Source of the DNA: Balanoglossus misakiensis
Lineage: Eukaryota > Animalia > Hemichordata
NCBI GenBank assembly: GCA_040954595.2
Contig: CM082576.2
Span: 14,945,129 to 15,009,128 of the forward strand
Direction: 5' to 3'
DNA length: 64,000 bases
This document shows positions 43,701 through 54,726 of this stretch, piece by piece. Numbering within the stretch: the stretch's first letter is position 1; each line of letters opens with the position of its first letter. The position numbers and the translations under genes are program-made. The notes beneath the pieces were generated by a model, which saw nothing but the letters and a program-made list of their open reading frames with translations, was not told the origin of the DNA and made no database searches.

Positions 43701-46700
43701 GATAATATGAGGTTATTACGAAAATACCGCAAAGTATGCACGAGGACATTAGCGCCAAGTATCGCCCGACCCGCAGCGGAGGGCGATGCGCTGCGCTAAT
43801 GTCCGAGTGCATACTTTGCGGTATTTTCGTAATAACCTTATTATTATACATCTTACATCTCCGTTAGTTCTTGTGTTGCATGTTACTTGGCTTTCAAAAC
43901 GCCCCAATTGCCGATACAATCGATCGAAAACCGCTCAGTTGACTCAGTGAGCAGCCATCTTTCTTTTTTGTTCACGTGCATTAGAGTGGGGGGTGTCTTG
44001 AAACCGTCCGCATAACAGCGCATACCTGTACACAGTGAGTTGGGGCGCCTTGAAACTAAAGGCTTATTTAACACACGTTCCGTACGTACCGTTCCGTACG
44101 GCTTTTTTAGCGCACGCTAAATTCTATTGTTCTCAGTGCCAGATGTATAATAATGAATATTACATTGACAATAAGAGAATCTTCACTTTCATCTGTATGT
44201 CTTTCGGTAAATTGCTTTATTTTTCCATGTGTGACTGGAAACCCTTGATCCCCCAAATGCATGACTTGCACGGAGGTTTACACAATCCAGTATTTCTATA
44301 TGCACCATGAAACCACCAGTAACCAAGGCAACCAATGGTGACTGGCCGGCTTAGTAAGTGCAATAATACAAACAAGTTCTGACTGCATGTCTGGCAAAGA
44401 GATGCTATTTTTCAGAATTCAACAAACAATTACAGAAAAAAGTGCACAACAAAACCGGGAACATTCTCTCAAGGTGTATTTTGAAGTCATTTTTATACAA
44501 TTGTGTATTCACATTACCTGTAACTGTCTTAGCAGAGAGTCTGTCTTCCCTCCCAATGTTGGAAACACATACATCATTAATGTATCGGTATCTAGTTCAA
44601 CTCCCATGTCAGTGGCTCTTCTGATCACCTCTTTCATACCTAAATGAATTTAAAAACAGAATGCCAATTTTTGTGTAATTGTACTCTTCTATAAGCAATA
44701 GCCGATTGAATGAAGGAGCATAAAACATTCCTGGCAGTTCCATAACAAGTGGAAGGTCTGACATGCACTAATGTGGGTCCACTCGTTCTTTGAGCAGAGT
44801 TTCTGAACATAGTGTAGGACCAAATGGTCTAATAATTGAGAGGACCAATGAACAACATGAGAATGTTCTAAATCCAGGAATATTTACCTTCAACATTTTC
44901 ATTCTGCCAATGTTTTGCCATTAAAGGCCAGAAGTAATGCGGACGCAACGGTTTGCCAAGTGCTTTGATGTCACTCATGAACTCATACGCATACTCTGAA
45001 ATATAAAATATCGGAATATTGATATGCTGAAAAGCTGAAAGAGAGACTACTGTAAAACACTTTAGTTTCAGCTCATCCATTACCATCACAGACATACATT
45101 GTAATTCTATCACTTGCTATCACACTTGAGACGTTCTTTATTTGCCATGTGTTACTGGAAACCCTTGATCCCTCCAAATGCATGATTTGCATGGAGGTTT
45201 ACACAATCCAGTATTTCTATATGCACCATGAAACCACCAGTAACCAAGGCAACCAATGGTGACTGGCCGGCTTAGTAAGTGCAATAATACAAACATACGA
45301 ACTCTCCAACATATAAAATCAACAGACAACATCCAGCTTGACCTTACAATAGATCATCTGGGCAGTGCACCTGTTCAAGTTGTTACATTACAAGACAATC
45401 ACAACATGTTTCGAGTAGACATACAATCCATCAAACTAACCTTCGTTGTTCGCTTCTAGAGCTGATTGCAATGCCACATAATGGGGAAAACTGTGGATGT
45501 TCAATGACTTAATTTCATCAAGATAATTCTTGATGACATCCATGGGCTGAAAAAAACAAAACAATGGGAATATTTTAGAAAGCTGAAAAGTACCTTTTAC
45601 CCTCAGTTCTCTCTTCAGAGGTCCAACCTTACCATAGAAAACAATGGGTTTGGACTGAACCCAGATGGTGAAAGGGTTAAGGATTGTATTCCCACTCCGA
45701 CGCGAACTTTGCGAGAAGCACAACAAAGCTGCTGTAATATGGGAAAGGATTTACTCTCTGCTACACATCTTGTGCACCAATCATGGCCGCCTGACGACAG
45801 CTATGGTGCATCTTGGTCGACAGCATGGGTTCAGATTCACCTCCGTTTCCCAGTATGGAGGTCCAACCTGACCATAGTCTACCACAGAAAACAATGTATT
45901 TGGACCATGGTGTTGAAAGGGTTAAAAACACAACAATCGTTTTCTGCACTGTCTGGTGGGCTGAAATTTGTGATGAACATGGCACCTTTGACTGTGACTA
46001 TGCAACAGTGTTCTACGTTCTATTTGCAATCCTCAACATTGAATAATTATAATTAAAAGACAATGGAAAAGCTGCATAAAGTTGAAAGCATTCTTTCCTG
46101 CAATTAATTTCAATATAAAAACCCGACCATCTGGTCTAAGACATACACACATACACACATATGGAAACAAAATATGATTTCAGTGCAAATTCTTACCATT
46201 TTCCGTTTGACAAGATGATCAACAAAGAAGCTTCCCTGGTTGAACTCTTCACCCATGGCTAACATTGGTACAACCTGTTCTCTCATCTTTTGGAATGTTT
46301 TCAGCAGTTCAAAGGCAATGTCGTCGTGACCTTGGGTCACCAATGTCAGGCAAAGATTTATCCCATCTGAAGATTAGAATACAGAAAAAATGTTGGTAGT
46401 ATTTTAGCTAATCTTTTCTGAAAAGCAATTCACAACTAGTTTGTCTTTATGCTTCATCACAGCATGGTCCCTAAAGTTGTCATTAAACACATTTCGACAT
46501 CAAGTTTAACATTTTTCATTTTTGTTCATAAAAATACAAATCAGCCTCGTACATATCACGTTACTGAGACAAGTGCTAATACACACTTTTAGTTGAAAAC
46601 CGACTGATATCAAATTTGCCAACTTCAATGGAAGATGGTTGTGTAACTCTGATGGGAAAACTCAACATTGACTTTCTTGCAACACGATGATGAAAACTTG

Positions 46701-49700
46701 TTGTTTTTGTAACAATCATTCCAAACAAGTTTGGAGTTTTGAAGAAATTTCCGGCAGTTTTTGTAAAAATATGCATCTGATATACACTCCACCTTAACAC
46801 AAACAGTTTGCATCATGGGTATTCTGAAAAAGAAAGGTCTCAACTAAAATTTTAACTTAAACTAGACGACTATGTATGTAATTAACAATTTCAGAACGTA
46901 TTCCTACCAGGAACATATCTTGGCCCAAGCTCCAATTGATCAATTACCTACGGTTAAAAGAGAAGAAAATAAATTAATATTCAATGTGCTGGAGGTTGAA
47001 ATTAGAGAATGGTTTACAAGTTCTTTATGGTGTTTCCAAAGTCTGATTGACCAATTCTAGTACAGTAAAACCTGTCAAAACCGGACCCTGGTAAAACCGG
47101 ACCACTGTCCATACCGAACGATTTTTTCAGTCCCTGCCCACTCCCATAGACGCCCTGTGTTAAAAAACCTCTGCAGACCGGCCACTGTCTACTGTGGAAA
47201 CCGGACTGGATTTCGAGCGAAAACCGGACGGAACGACTGTTTGAAGACGGCATCTTTTCAAGTTTCTTTGTTTTTGCTACATTAAAGATATGATGATCAC
47301 TGTCTTTTGTCTTTGAGTTTTGTTTTGACCAATTTAACAAGCAATCAACGGCGTGGAGCTGTCACTCAAGCAAGGCGTGAACGCATTCTATTGTTCGACT
47401 CGTTTGTCGCATATTTTTGACAAGTGGAGTGTCACCGCAGTAATGAGCTCTGTTGTCGGCTGATCAAACATAACGTTTCCCCGTGTCATTTTTTTCGGAC
47501 GGTCAAAGCTATGAAGGCACATTCAATCAGAGCGATGTATACGAGCGCATCTGTCCTGGCTAGCAACGGAGTTGTACGATCGTCTGCCGGGCGCGCTGGG
47601 CCGGGCGCGTGTGGTTGTAGATTGCTCCATCACTTCCGCGTTCGGTGGCGCTAGTGCGTTCGCTCGCATATTTTGCGAGTCCAGCTGTAGCTAGGCCGTT
47701 CGTGAGTGTAGTTCTCGTTCACATAAAAAAAGGAAAAATATTTATTGTGTATTCGTTTAGACCTATGCTAAATTATCCATACACTTTATTGTTCCATGAC
47801 GCCCGTGGTCGTACGTGCGTATGTATGTATGTATACGGTCGATGTGTGAAACACGGCCGGATCGGAAAACTTTTGACCACGCCCACCCCTTCCAAACCGG
47901 ACCACTGTACAAACCGGACAGATTTCTCAGTCCCCCCAGAGTCCGGTTTTGACAGGTTTTACTGTAAATGCCAGCCATATTTCCAAAACGCACAAATAAT
48001 TAGTTCTGAGCAGTGTGCCCTCTAAACAAACATAATTTTTAAAAGCTTTCATTCAATATGGGGATTTCTGAAAATTTCTCCGAGTCAGCCTTATACCTTT
48101 GCGTGTAGTGAGGCTAATATTCTTGAGTCACCAGTGAGTTTGTGGTGCCTCATACGGGCTTAGAGGGCACACTGGTTCTGAGAACTCCCCCACTTCCCTG
48201 TTCAATGTTACCAATGGAAATGAATGGGATCAGAATGCACTGTAGTTGTCAATTTGTCATTAGAGTGAAGACAACTTACCTCCCGAACAAATTCTTTTTG
48301 GTCGCTGCTGGCAAGAGTCTGAATCAACTTCATCATATGTTTACCTGAAACTTCCACTCCATCTTGTCTCAAATTATTTAAAATCTGGCAACAGCAAATG
48401 TTAAAATTGAAATATGGATCATTCAGATGTACACAATGTCTATGTCACTATACTAATCAACAAGTCATTGTCAATGACATAGTCTCTGGTAAAGAGAACA
48501 CAAGTCATGGCGGTCCAGGCTTTGTTTGCAAAGTGGTTCTGACAATATTTTAAAACACAAGATTTGCCAGGCGATATGATGTGCATCATATTACACTGTA
48601 CTTCAATTCTTGTTATGACTAAATGAAATCACTTGAACTATCTTGCAGAATTACCCTGGGACAGTAACAAGTCACAACAAAATGGCTAGCAGGCTGATAT
48701 ACATTGTATTGGACCATATCACGACACAAATTTCACCACAGTACATGTCCTTTTTTGTGTGTACTTTTTATAAAATGCAAGATTAAAAGTGGACGACACA
48801 ATTTCCAAAAGCCAAATAATATATTCGCACAATATCTGGTAGTGTGCTGCTAGTACAGGGGTAAATGTACTTCTCTGAGAGATTATTAACCCACAGACAA
48901 AATGAAAAGTGTTCTAGATAGCACAAGAGTGTATTGATAGCTAGTGTAGAATCAGATATGCCTTTACATGTATACCAACCACATGTATAGTATATTCTGC
49001 CATTAATGTGGAAAATTTATTTTACAAATACAGTACTTGGTTGAAGACATTGAGCCATAATCTGGGATAGAAATGCTTACCTCTCTGACACTCTGTACAT
49101 CACCAGTCTCTGCATGTGCACACATTAATGCTAAATGTGTGTCTATGGTTGGCTGTAAACCTACATTCCTGTTGAATACAAAAGACAATACGACTATAAG
49201 TAAGACAGCAGGTATCATCAATTCTATGTAGCATTTAAGGCTGAAAAGTCGCACATGCCGTTCATACAACCCATCCCTTTGAGTGTTAGATTGTACATGT
49301 AAGTTATATATTTATATCATTGAAAAAAAAAATAACATAAAACTGTTCCTCTGAAATAACAACTTGTCGTATCCCTTGAATTGCACTGGCCTTGATAAAA
49401 ATCTCTCAAAGACTTCAGAACTAGTGAGTCACTCACCTCATAATTGTCAACATTTTAGTGGCATTTTCCATGTCTCTGTATAAAAAGTGGAAAATAAGTG
49501 TTAATTTGACTGCTGATGACATGAACAAAATATTTTCACAAACATAATCTGCAAATATCCACTTCATGACAGATGGAATGTGTCTCTTTAACAATAGCCC
49601 GGAGACCAGGGCGTAGGGGAAAAGAAACGCCCGGGGACAGTCTCTATTTACGAACAGAATTCTGTGCGCAGAACGACACGGGTGGTAAATCTTGCGTGTA

Positions 49701-52700
49701 AGCTAATTGGTCACTCAATGTAAACCAAATGACATCATCGCATTCTAAATAAGGAAATAGAGGTGGAGTCACCAAGTATGTTTTCAAAACGCGATGTGGG
49801 AGTGGTTTTGAAGGTGTATGAATATTCATAACCAAGCTTTGTTAATTATATCATCCAACCACTGGCGCCCGTCAACATTTGATAGATCACTCGTTATCCA
49901 TTCGTTACTAAGTAAGCGACCCTGATCGTTGCCAGGGCTACTATCTTTCAGCACAGCAGGACATTACTCTACTGTCCCCGGGCCTTGTATTCTAGATCGA
50001 CGCCCTGGTCTCCGGGCTACTTTAACAACTGTTTCTCGTCCTCTCTTCTGAATGGTCTGTGTAGCACAGGGCATGGCATCTTCAGACAACACACTCAGCC
50101 CCACCTCAGAGAATCCTGAATACCTACCCAGCTCTAGCGTGTCCTGTTATGAGAGAATTGAAGACACCATCTGTAATTGGCATCTCTTTACTTTTCATAA
50201 ATTCTAAGACTTTACCAGCTCCTTGGATGTCTCCTTGAAGACAGTACGCAGCAATCAATCGTTGATGTGTCACCTAAGCAACAAACACAGAAATACAAAG
50301 AATATTATCACCGCTACTATCAGCATTTCCTTGGAGAGAATCCGGCAACATAAGTGTCAGTTTTGAGAAGAATAAAATTGCAATTTTCGCGATTTTTATC
50401 CGATGTTTTGTTTGCTTGCGCTGGTGTGTCACATTCTCATCACAGGTTTCTATCACTTTTCATTGTTTGACATCTTGGAAGATTGAAACAATACCAATCT
50501 CACCCAGTGTGCCCTCTAACAAACATAATTTTTTAAAAGCTTCAAGTCAAGTTGAGGATTTGTAAAAAAATTCTCTGAGTCAGCCCTATACATTGGCATG
50601 TAGTGTGAAAAATTTTCTCAAGTCACCAGTCAGTTTGTTAAGTGGAACGTCATACATGTACGGACTTAGAATGCACACTGGTCTCACCACACCTTCACAG
50701 AGAAAAACACACTGCCCAGTTGTGCTAAGCTGAGCCTTATTACCAAAATGCCTACAGTGTTAGACGTTCAAAAAACAATCATTTCTCACCCTATTTGGCG
50801 TCACTCCTTTGGCTTCCATTGCGGCAAGGAATTCGGTCGGAGCAAACTTGTGCTCATTTTCGATGTAAATCTTCAATAATGCATTGTAATGACTTGAATC
50901 AAATTCGATTCCTGCAACAAATACCATGATGACGTCATTCTCTTTGAAAGTACATGTACAGTCAAACCTGTGTTAGTGACCACATCTATACAGTGGCCAC
51001 TATGTGCAGTCCCTGTGCAACTTGCATGTGCATTAATTGACCCGTCTATAAAGACCACATGTCTATAAAGGCCAGTTTAGGAAAGTCCCTTGACTGGCCA
51101 CTATAGACAGGTGTCCATAATGCAGTTGTTTCAGGGGCAGTTGTACGAATTAAGCCAGAGTTAATCTTCAGTTCAAGTGTAAACTACTCGCATTTTATTT
51201 ACATGTATAAAGTTGCACAGTATATAGTTCGACAACCAAATTGGCAGGTTTTTAGTTTACTTTTTTCCAACCCACCAATCCAGCACCCTGAGGGGTATTT
51301 TAATACTGACCTAACTGAGGGAGTTTTTCCCAAATCTGATGAGCAATCTCTGTCCGTTCATTTACCGACACTTCTGCCATTAAGGAACCACAGCATCTAA
51401 TGAGTAACAGGGCAAGGTTAGGAGTCACGGAACCTGCAAAAAATAAAACATAATTCTAACAGAGTACACACACTTTGCTGATTATACTGGGAGTGACAAC
51501 GGTCAAAACCACATTATGATTTTTTTCTGGACAGTTGGGACTTGGAGGAGGAATCACGGCTGTTGGACTTACCCGACTGATACAGATCTTCGAAAGTTTT
51601 GATCACTTTGGCCTTTGTGATTCTTCCCATTCTCTTGACTGTTTCATCAAGTTCATTCAGAGTCCTTTCAAACGTTTGTTTCTGTAAGCGTCTATTTGGC
51701 TGTCTCTCCACTTCCTTGACAACATCGTCGACTTCTATGTCTGCATCCACACTGTAATACCGGCAGCTGTACACGTAACATTAAAATGAGACCACTGAGA
51801 CGTTAGGGTACATGTGTATATGCTGAGGCATACATTGTACTAAACTAAACTGCTGTAACCTAAAATAGAGTTCACAGTTCCAAACATTAATTAATGACTG
51901 CAATTAAGAAAGCCCTAAGCAAGCAATAAAACAGGGAACCATCGTCAATGACATTGTGATCACTTGGTAGTGTAGGAGAGAATCTTTGACACACTTATTT
52001 GATTCTTTATTTGAAAACTCAGCTTCTGCATAAATCCACTGAAGTTTCGCCGATGTGTTCAAACTTATCTGCCATGTTAGTTCAAACATGCGGCGGAACA
52101 GATCGGCGGAATTTCAGTGGATTTATCAGGTTTTTAATGGAAGCAGGACACTTTGGGGAAAATTTGGCCATCGGAGGTGGGTTTTTTTGGGGGGGGGATG
52201 AAACGGTCACCGTTCGGTTTTCAAATTTTATCGGAGGTAAGAGTTAAACCCTGTAACTGAGCCGACGACAGAAAGTTGATTGGGAAATTACACATATTAA
52301 GGCCTTGTAGCGTAACTGCGTTAGGCTGCAAACACACCAATCATCCTAGCAGCACCCGCTACAATTATTGCAGCTAGGAGAAGCACAGATTCAGAACTGT
52401 CTTCTGTGGTAGGTCCGTGCTGCAATAATTGAAGCGGGTGCTGCTGGGGTGACTGGTTGTCGCAACCAGTCAATCTAGTAGCACCATAGCAGCAGTCTAT
52501 AACAAAATTCTGAACAGTATCGAATCTTGTGCAACCAGTCCACATTACAATCATGACAATATAGTGACCCAACCTGAGGTCATGTCCTGAAAATGAAATG
52601 TGACTTGCCTAAGCAGTTTCCAGGCTAGATCACTGAAAATTTTATTGTACATCCAGAGTTGTCACGGAATGGAATAGTCTGCCAGGATGGTTTACCAATC

Positions 52701-53143
52701 CACCCATGCTACTAGTAGTAGTGTAAATGAGACCGAACTGAACTAAACTAAAACGTAAAGGGAAAGCTACGTGTAGATACGGCCGCTATGTTGTATAGGT
52801 GACGGGTGGGATAGGTAGAGAGACAAGTTACAGTTGTGACCAAAACCAACGGGGGCGGGAGTGGAAAACTCGTGGAAAAGCACCACTACCATCATAATCT
52901 AAGAAGGCACCGGCCCAACACGTGCGTTTAAAATATCGTACGACTGGATACCGGCAAATGCAAACTTCACTTCATTGAGGTATTAAACAAGACTAACCTG
53001 CATAATGCAGGTCTGGCAGTATTCAGAATACATCGGTTACTTATTTGGGTACTTTCGATTGCAGTCCTACCAGTGCTTTGGACAGGCACAGCCAAATATC
53101 GCAAAAATCTTGCACGCCGTGCAGACCTCAAGAGAGCGGCCAT
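28776..53143 (-). CDS. LRPPRC: Leucine-rich PPR motif-containing protein, mitochondrial (LRPPRC), complete multi-exon gene
   Basis: Start ATG at 53143 reads MAALLRSAR, the same as my recollection of the human N-terminus. Checked exons: 52998-53143, 51573-51766, 51311-51433 ([22 protein letters not shown]), 50790-50911 ([23 protein letters not shown]), 50128-50273 ([15 protein letters not shown]). Approximate further exons: 49437-49475, 49081-49168, 48280-48386, 46907-46947, 46197-46367, 45441-45547, 44888-44995 ([10 protein letters not shown]), 44518-44640, 43357-43467, 43022-43111, 42600-42674, 41277-41384, 40830-40987, 40496-40603, 40016-40156, 39284-39370, 38732-38940, 38464-38587, 37913-38020, 37370-37529, 36599-36756 ([19 protein letters not shown]), 35752-35821, 35060-35197, 34330-34411, 33654-33847, 31746-31867, 31037-31149, 30695-30768, 30286-30377, 29542-29675 and last 28776-28943 (TAG). 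Internal boundaries may be off by a few nt. Confidence 0.93.
29329..29502. mobile_element. Short Kolobok-like MITE family B (TTAA TSD)
   Basis: TTAA-aggtatacggtcacct ... aggtgaccgtatacct-TTAA. A related fragment lies near 56400-56490. Confidence 0.7.
29999..30135 (-). ncRNA. SNORA70: H/ACA snoRNA, SNORA70/U70-like, copy 1 (LRPPRC intron)
   Basis: Two hairpins, an H box AUAGAA and an ACA box. The 3' pocket UGUGUA/AAGGGU pairs with 18S GCCCUU-U-G-UACACA and lies 14 nt from ACA. Shares UAAGCCG with U70 (from recall). Confidence 0.82.
31572..31708 (-). ncRNA. SNORA70: H/ACA snoRNA, SNORA70-like, copy 2
   Basis: Near-identical to copy 1 with boxes and pockets intact; intronic and sense to LRPPRC. 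Confidence 0.8.
32301..33491 (+). mobile_element. Internally deleted pogo/Tigger DNA transposon (~1.2 kb) in LRPPRC intron
   Basis: TIR CAGTGGAACGCCGATTATCCGAA / TTCGGATAATCGGCGTTCCACTG with TA TSD. A broken transposase C-terminal remnant is present (...[12 protein letters not shown] at ~33020-33053). Confidence 0.8.
35349..35485 (-). ncRNA. SNORA70: H/ACA snoRNA, SNORA70-like, copy 3
   Basis: Near-identical core, ACA retained, flanks largely unrelated to the other copies. Confidence 0.8.
41506..41597. mobile_element. ~90-bp piggyBac-like mini-MITE family (TTAACCCTTTCACC...GGTGAAAGGGTTAA)
   Basis: TTAA plus CCC termini. Other copies at ~14217-14306, 38668-38727, 39927-40003, 41745-41835, 45592-45680, 45830-45925 and 58250-58315. 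Confidence 0.7.
41599..41742 (-). ncRNA. Candidate H/ACA snoRNA family 2, copy A (LRPPRC intron)
   Basis: Hairpin 1 UGCUGC/GUAGCA plus UGCACCA/UGGUGCA, then H box AGAGUA. Hairpin 2 UUCCCA/UGGGAA plus GCUUUG/CAAAGU, then ACA and 3 nt. Confidence 0.7.
41992..42433. mobile_element. TAG-ended MITE with 9-bp TSD (AcademH/MULE-like)
   Basis: CTCCAAGTG-tagtctagaatc ... gattctagacta-CTCCAAGTG; ~130-bp near-perfect TIRs. Confidence 0.85.
43680..44155. mobile_element. Hairpin-bearing non-autonomous element (possibly Crypton-like)
   Basis: ~55-bp-arm subterminal palindrome at 43702-43848 and ATAAT-type ends. A structurally similar element lies at ~39430-39745 with a hairpin at 39602-39735. The superfamily call is inference. 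Confidence 0.45.
44227..44363 (-). ncRNA. SNORA70: H/ACA snoRNA, SNORA70-like, copy 4
   Basis: Near-identical core with H and ACA boxes intact. Confidence 0.8.
45147..45284 (-). ncRNA. SNORA70: H/ACA snoRNA, SNORA70-like, copy 5
   Basis: Near-identical core. A 1-nt insertion (GGAGGG) keeps or improves pairing with CCUCC in the upper stem. Confidence 0.8.
45682..45826 (-). ncRNA. Candidate H/ACA snoRNA family 2, copy B
   Basis: Near-identical to 41599-41742 and better conserved than its flanking MITEs. Confidence 0.68.
47063..47964. mobile_element. Non-autonomous pogo/Tc1-mariner element (~900 bp)
   Basis: TA-CAGTAAAACCTGTCAAAACCGGAC ... GTCCGGTTTTGACAGGTTTTACTG-TA with a CpG-rich interior and no intact ORF. 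Confidence 0.8.
48011..48174. mobile_element. Short TIR element CAGTGTGCCCTCTAA...TTAGAGGGCACACTG
   Basis: 15-bp TIR; a second copy lies at ~50506-50680. Confidence 0.65.
49595..50019. mobile_element. TAG-ended MITE with 9-bp TSD
   Basis: CTTTAACAA-tagcccggagaccagggcg ... cgccctggtctccgggcta-CTTTAACAA. Confidence 0.82.
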
Positions 53144-53165
53144 TTTGGTTCAGCAGCATGTACAC

Positions 53166-53684
53166 TTGCCTCTCAAGAGGGCGCCCTCAATGACCTTTGG
53201 CTTTTCAGAGACGCGGTCAAGAGGTCTCTCCAAATCCGTTTCGTTCAACCAATGAGAGCGCTGAAGTGGCGTTCGATTTAGGGGAAGGTAACTGATTCGT
53301 CAATGGCGTTCCACCGGAAGTATCACCATGGTTGCCTACTTACTTCACGATTTCATTTTTATAGATCGATCGCCAAAAATTGAGATAATCCGAATTATTT
53401 TACACGTAATCATAATTTACGCGTACAAGTGTTGTTTGATGTTCTGAACGTCTGTTCTACACTATGCCACGTCACGTGACAGGGACGTTACGCGTACTGA
53501 TCGAACGTGCACGCGATCCATGCACGCGATGGAACTTCTGTCTGGCATATTAGCCAATCACATGAAGCAACATCTTGCATGGTACTAGCCAATCAGAGCG
53601 CGAGCTCAAACGGATTTGGAGAGACGTCTTGCACCGCGTCTCTGAAAAGCCAAAGGTCATTGACGGCGCCCTCTGGAAAGGCAA
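53166..53684. mobile_element. MITE with 9-bp TSD immediately upstream of LRPPRC ATG
   Basis: CATGTACAC-ttgcctctcaagagggcg ... cgccctctggaaaggcaa-CATGTACAC; ~80-bp imperfect TIRs. Confidence 0.75.
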
Positions 53685-53696
53685 CATGTACACATG

Positions 53697-54092
53697 TAGT
53701 CTCGGTTACCCAGACGCCTTTGCTTCTTCCGATGCTCTCCAGAAAAGGGTCTGGGGAAATGCTATTGAAAGCTTTGTAAAACAAAATGGCCGATGTTTCG
53801 ACAATCGTCTACCAAAGATATTTCATATAATTTCTCCAACAATGCTAACAGAGGACGCCTTTTGCCTTTCGCATCAACCAACAAGTACCGGTCTCTTGAT
53901 ATGAAGAGACGACAAATAATCACACATTGTCGTGAGTCAGTGACCCGGGTCATACTGACAGCTCAGCCAATCAGGCGATGATCAAAATCCTGACATCGGC
54001 CATTTTGTTTTACAAAGCTTTCAATAGCATTTCCCCAGACCCTTTTCTGGAGAGCATCGGAAGAAGCAAAGGCGTCTGGGTAACCGAGACTA
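53697..54092. mobile_element. TAG-ended MITE with 9-bp TSD, same terminal 19 bp as 26001-26397
   Basis: GTACACATG-tagtctcggttacccagac ... gtctgggtaaccgagacta-GTACACATG; ~100-bp perfect TIRs. Confidence 0.85.
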
Positions 54093-54109
54093 GTACACAT
54101 GTGACTTTT

Positions 54110-54120
54110 TGCGCATGCGT
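54110..54120. promoter_or_regulatory. NRF-1-like site TGCGCATGCGT upstream of LRPPRC
   Basis: Close to the NRF-1 consensus YGCGCAYGCGCR, a motif typical of nuclear genes for mitochondrial proteins. Confidence 0.45.
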
Positions 54121-54726
54121 ATGCATGTTACAGCGCCCTTCTACGATCGTGGAGTTGCTGTCTTTTGTTTAGTAATGCGAGTTTCTTTTGTTTTTATACT
54201 CAGTGTCCCATTTTTAGAAAACATGTAGACTTGGTACGGTATTCTTGGGGAATTCTCATGAACACAGATTTGCTTACGAGTTGCCCACATCCATTTGAGG
54301 TGTGGTTGTTGGTCGCATGGAACAAACCAACATAATAATTATGACAACTTGATCGCCTATTATGCATTTCAAATCATAATTTTATTTAGTGAAGATGATG
54401 TCAGTAGAAGTAAAACAGAGAGAACATCACGTACATGTACAAGCTGATACATGAAAGCTGATGACACGTCTTTGTCTTTACTTGGTCTTTGCCGTTCGCG
54501 TTCTGCTGCTAGAGAGGCAGAGATCAAGCAAATACCGCCGCCAGGCGCCTGGACCGCCGTCTATCACTAAAAACATGTAGAGCCGATTTTAATCAGATCG
54601 AGATGTAGCTTAGCTCATCAAAAGTAGACTTTGAAGAATGTAATCTGTATATATAGGAATGGAAATCATTACGGGTAGTGTTGAAGGTGTACCCTCCAAA
54701 GTTTTTGAAATCTTGGTTTAACATAA

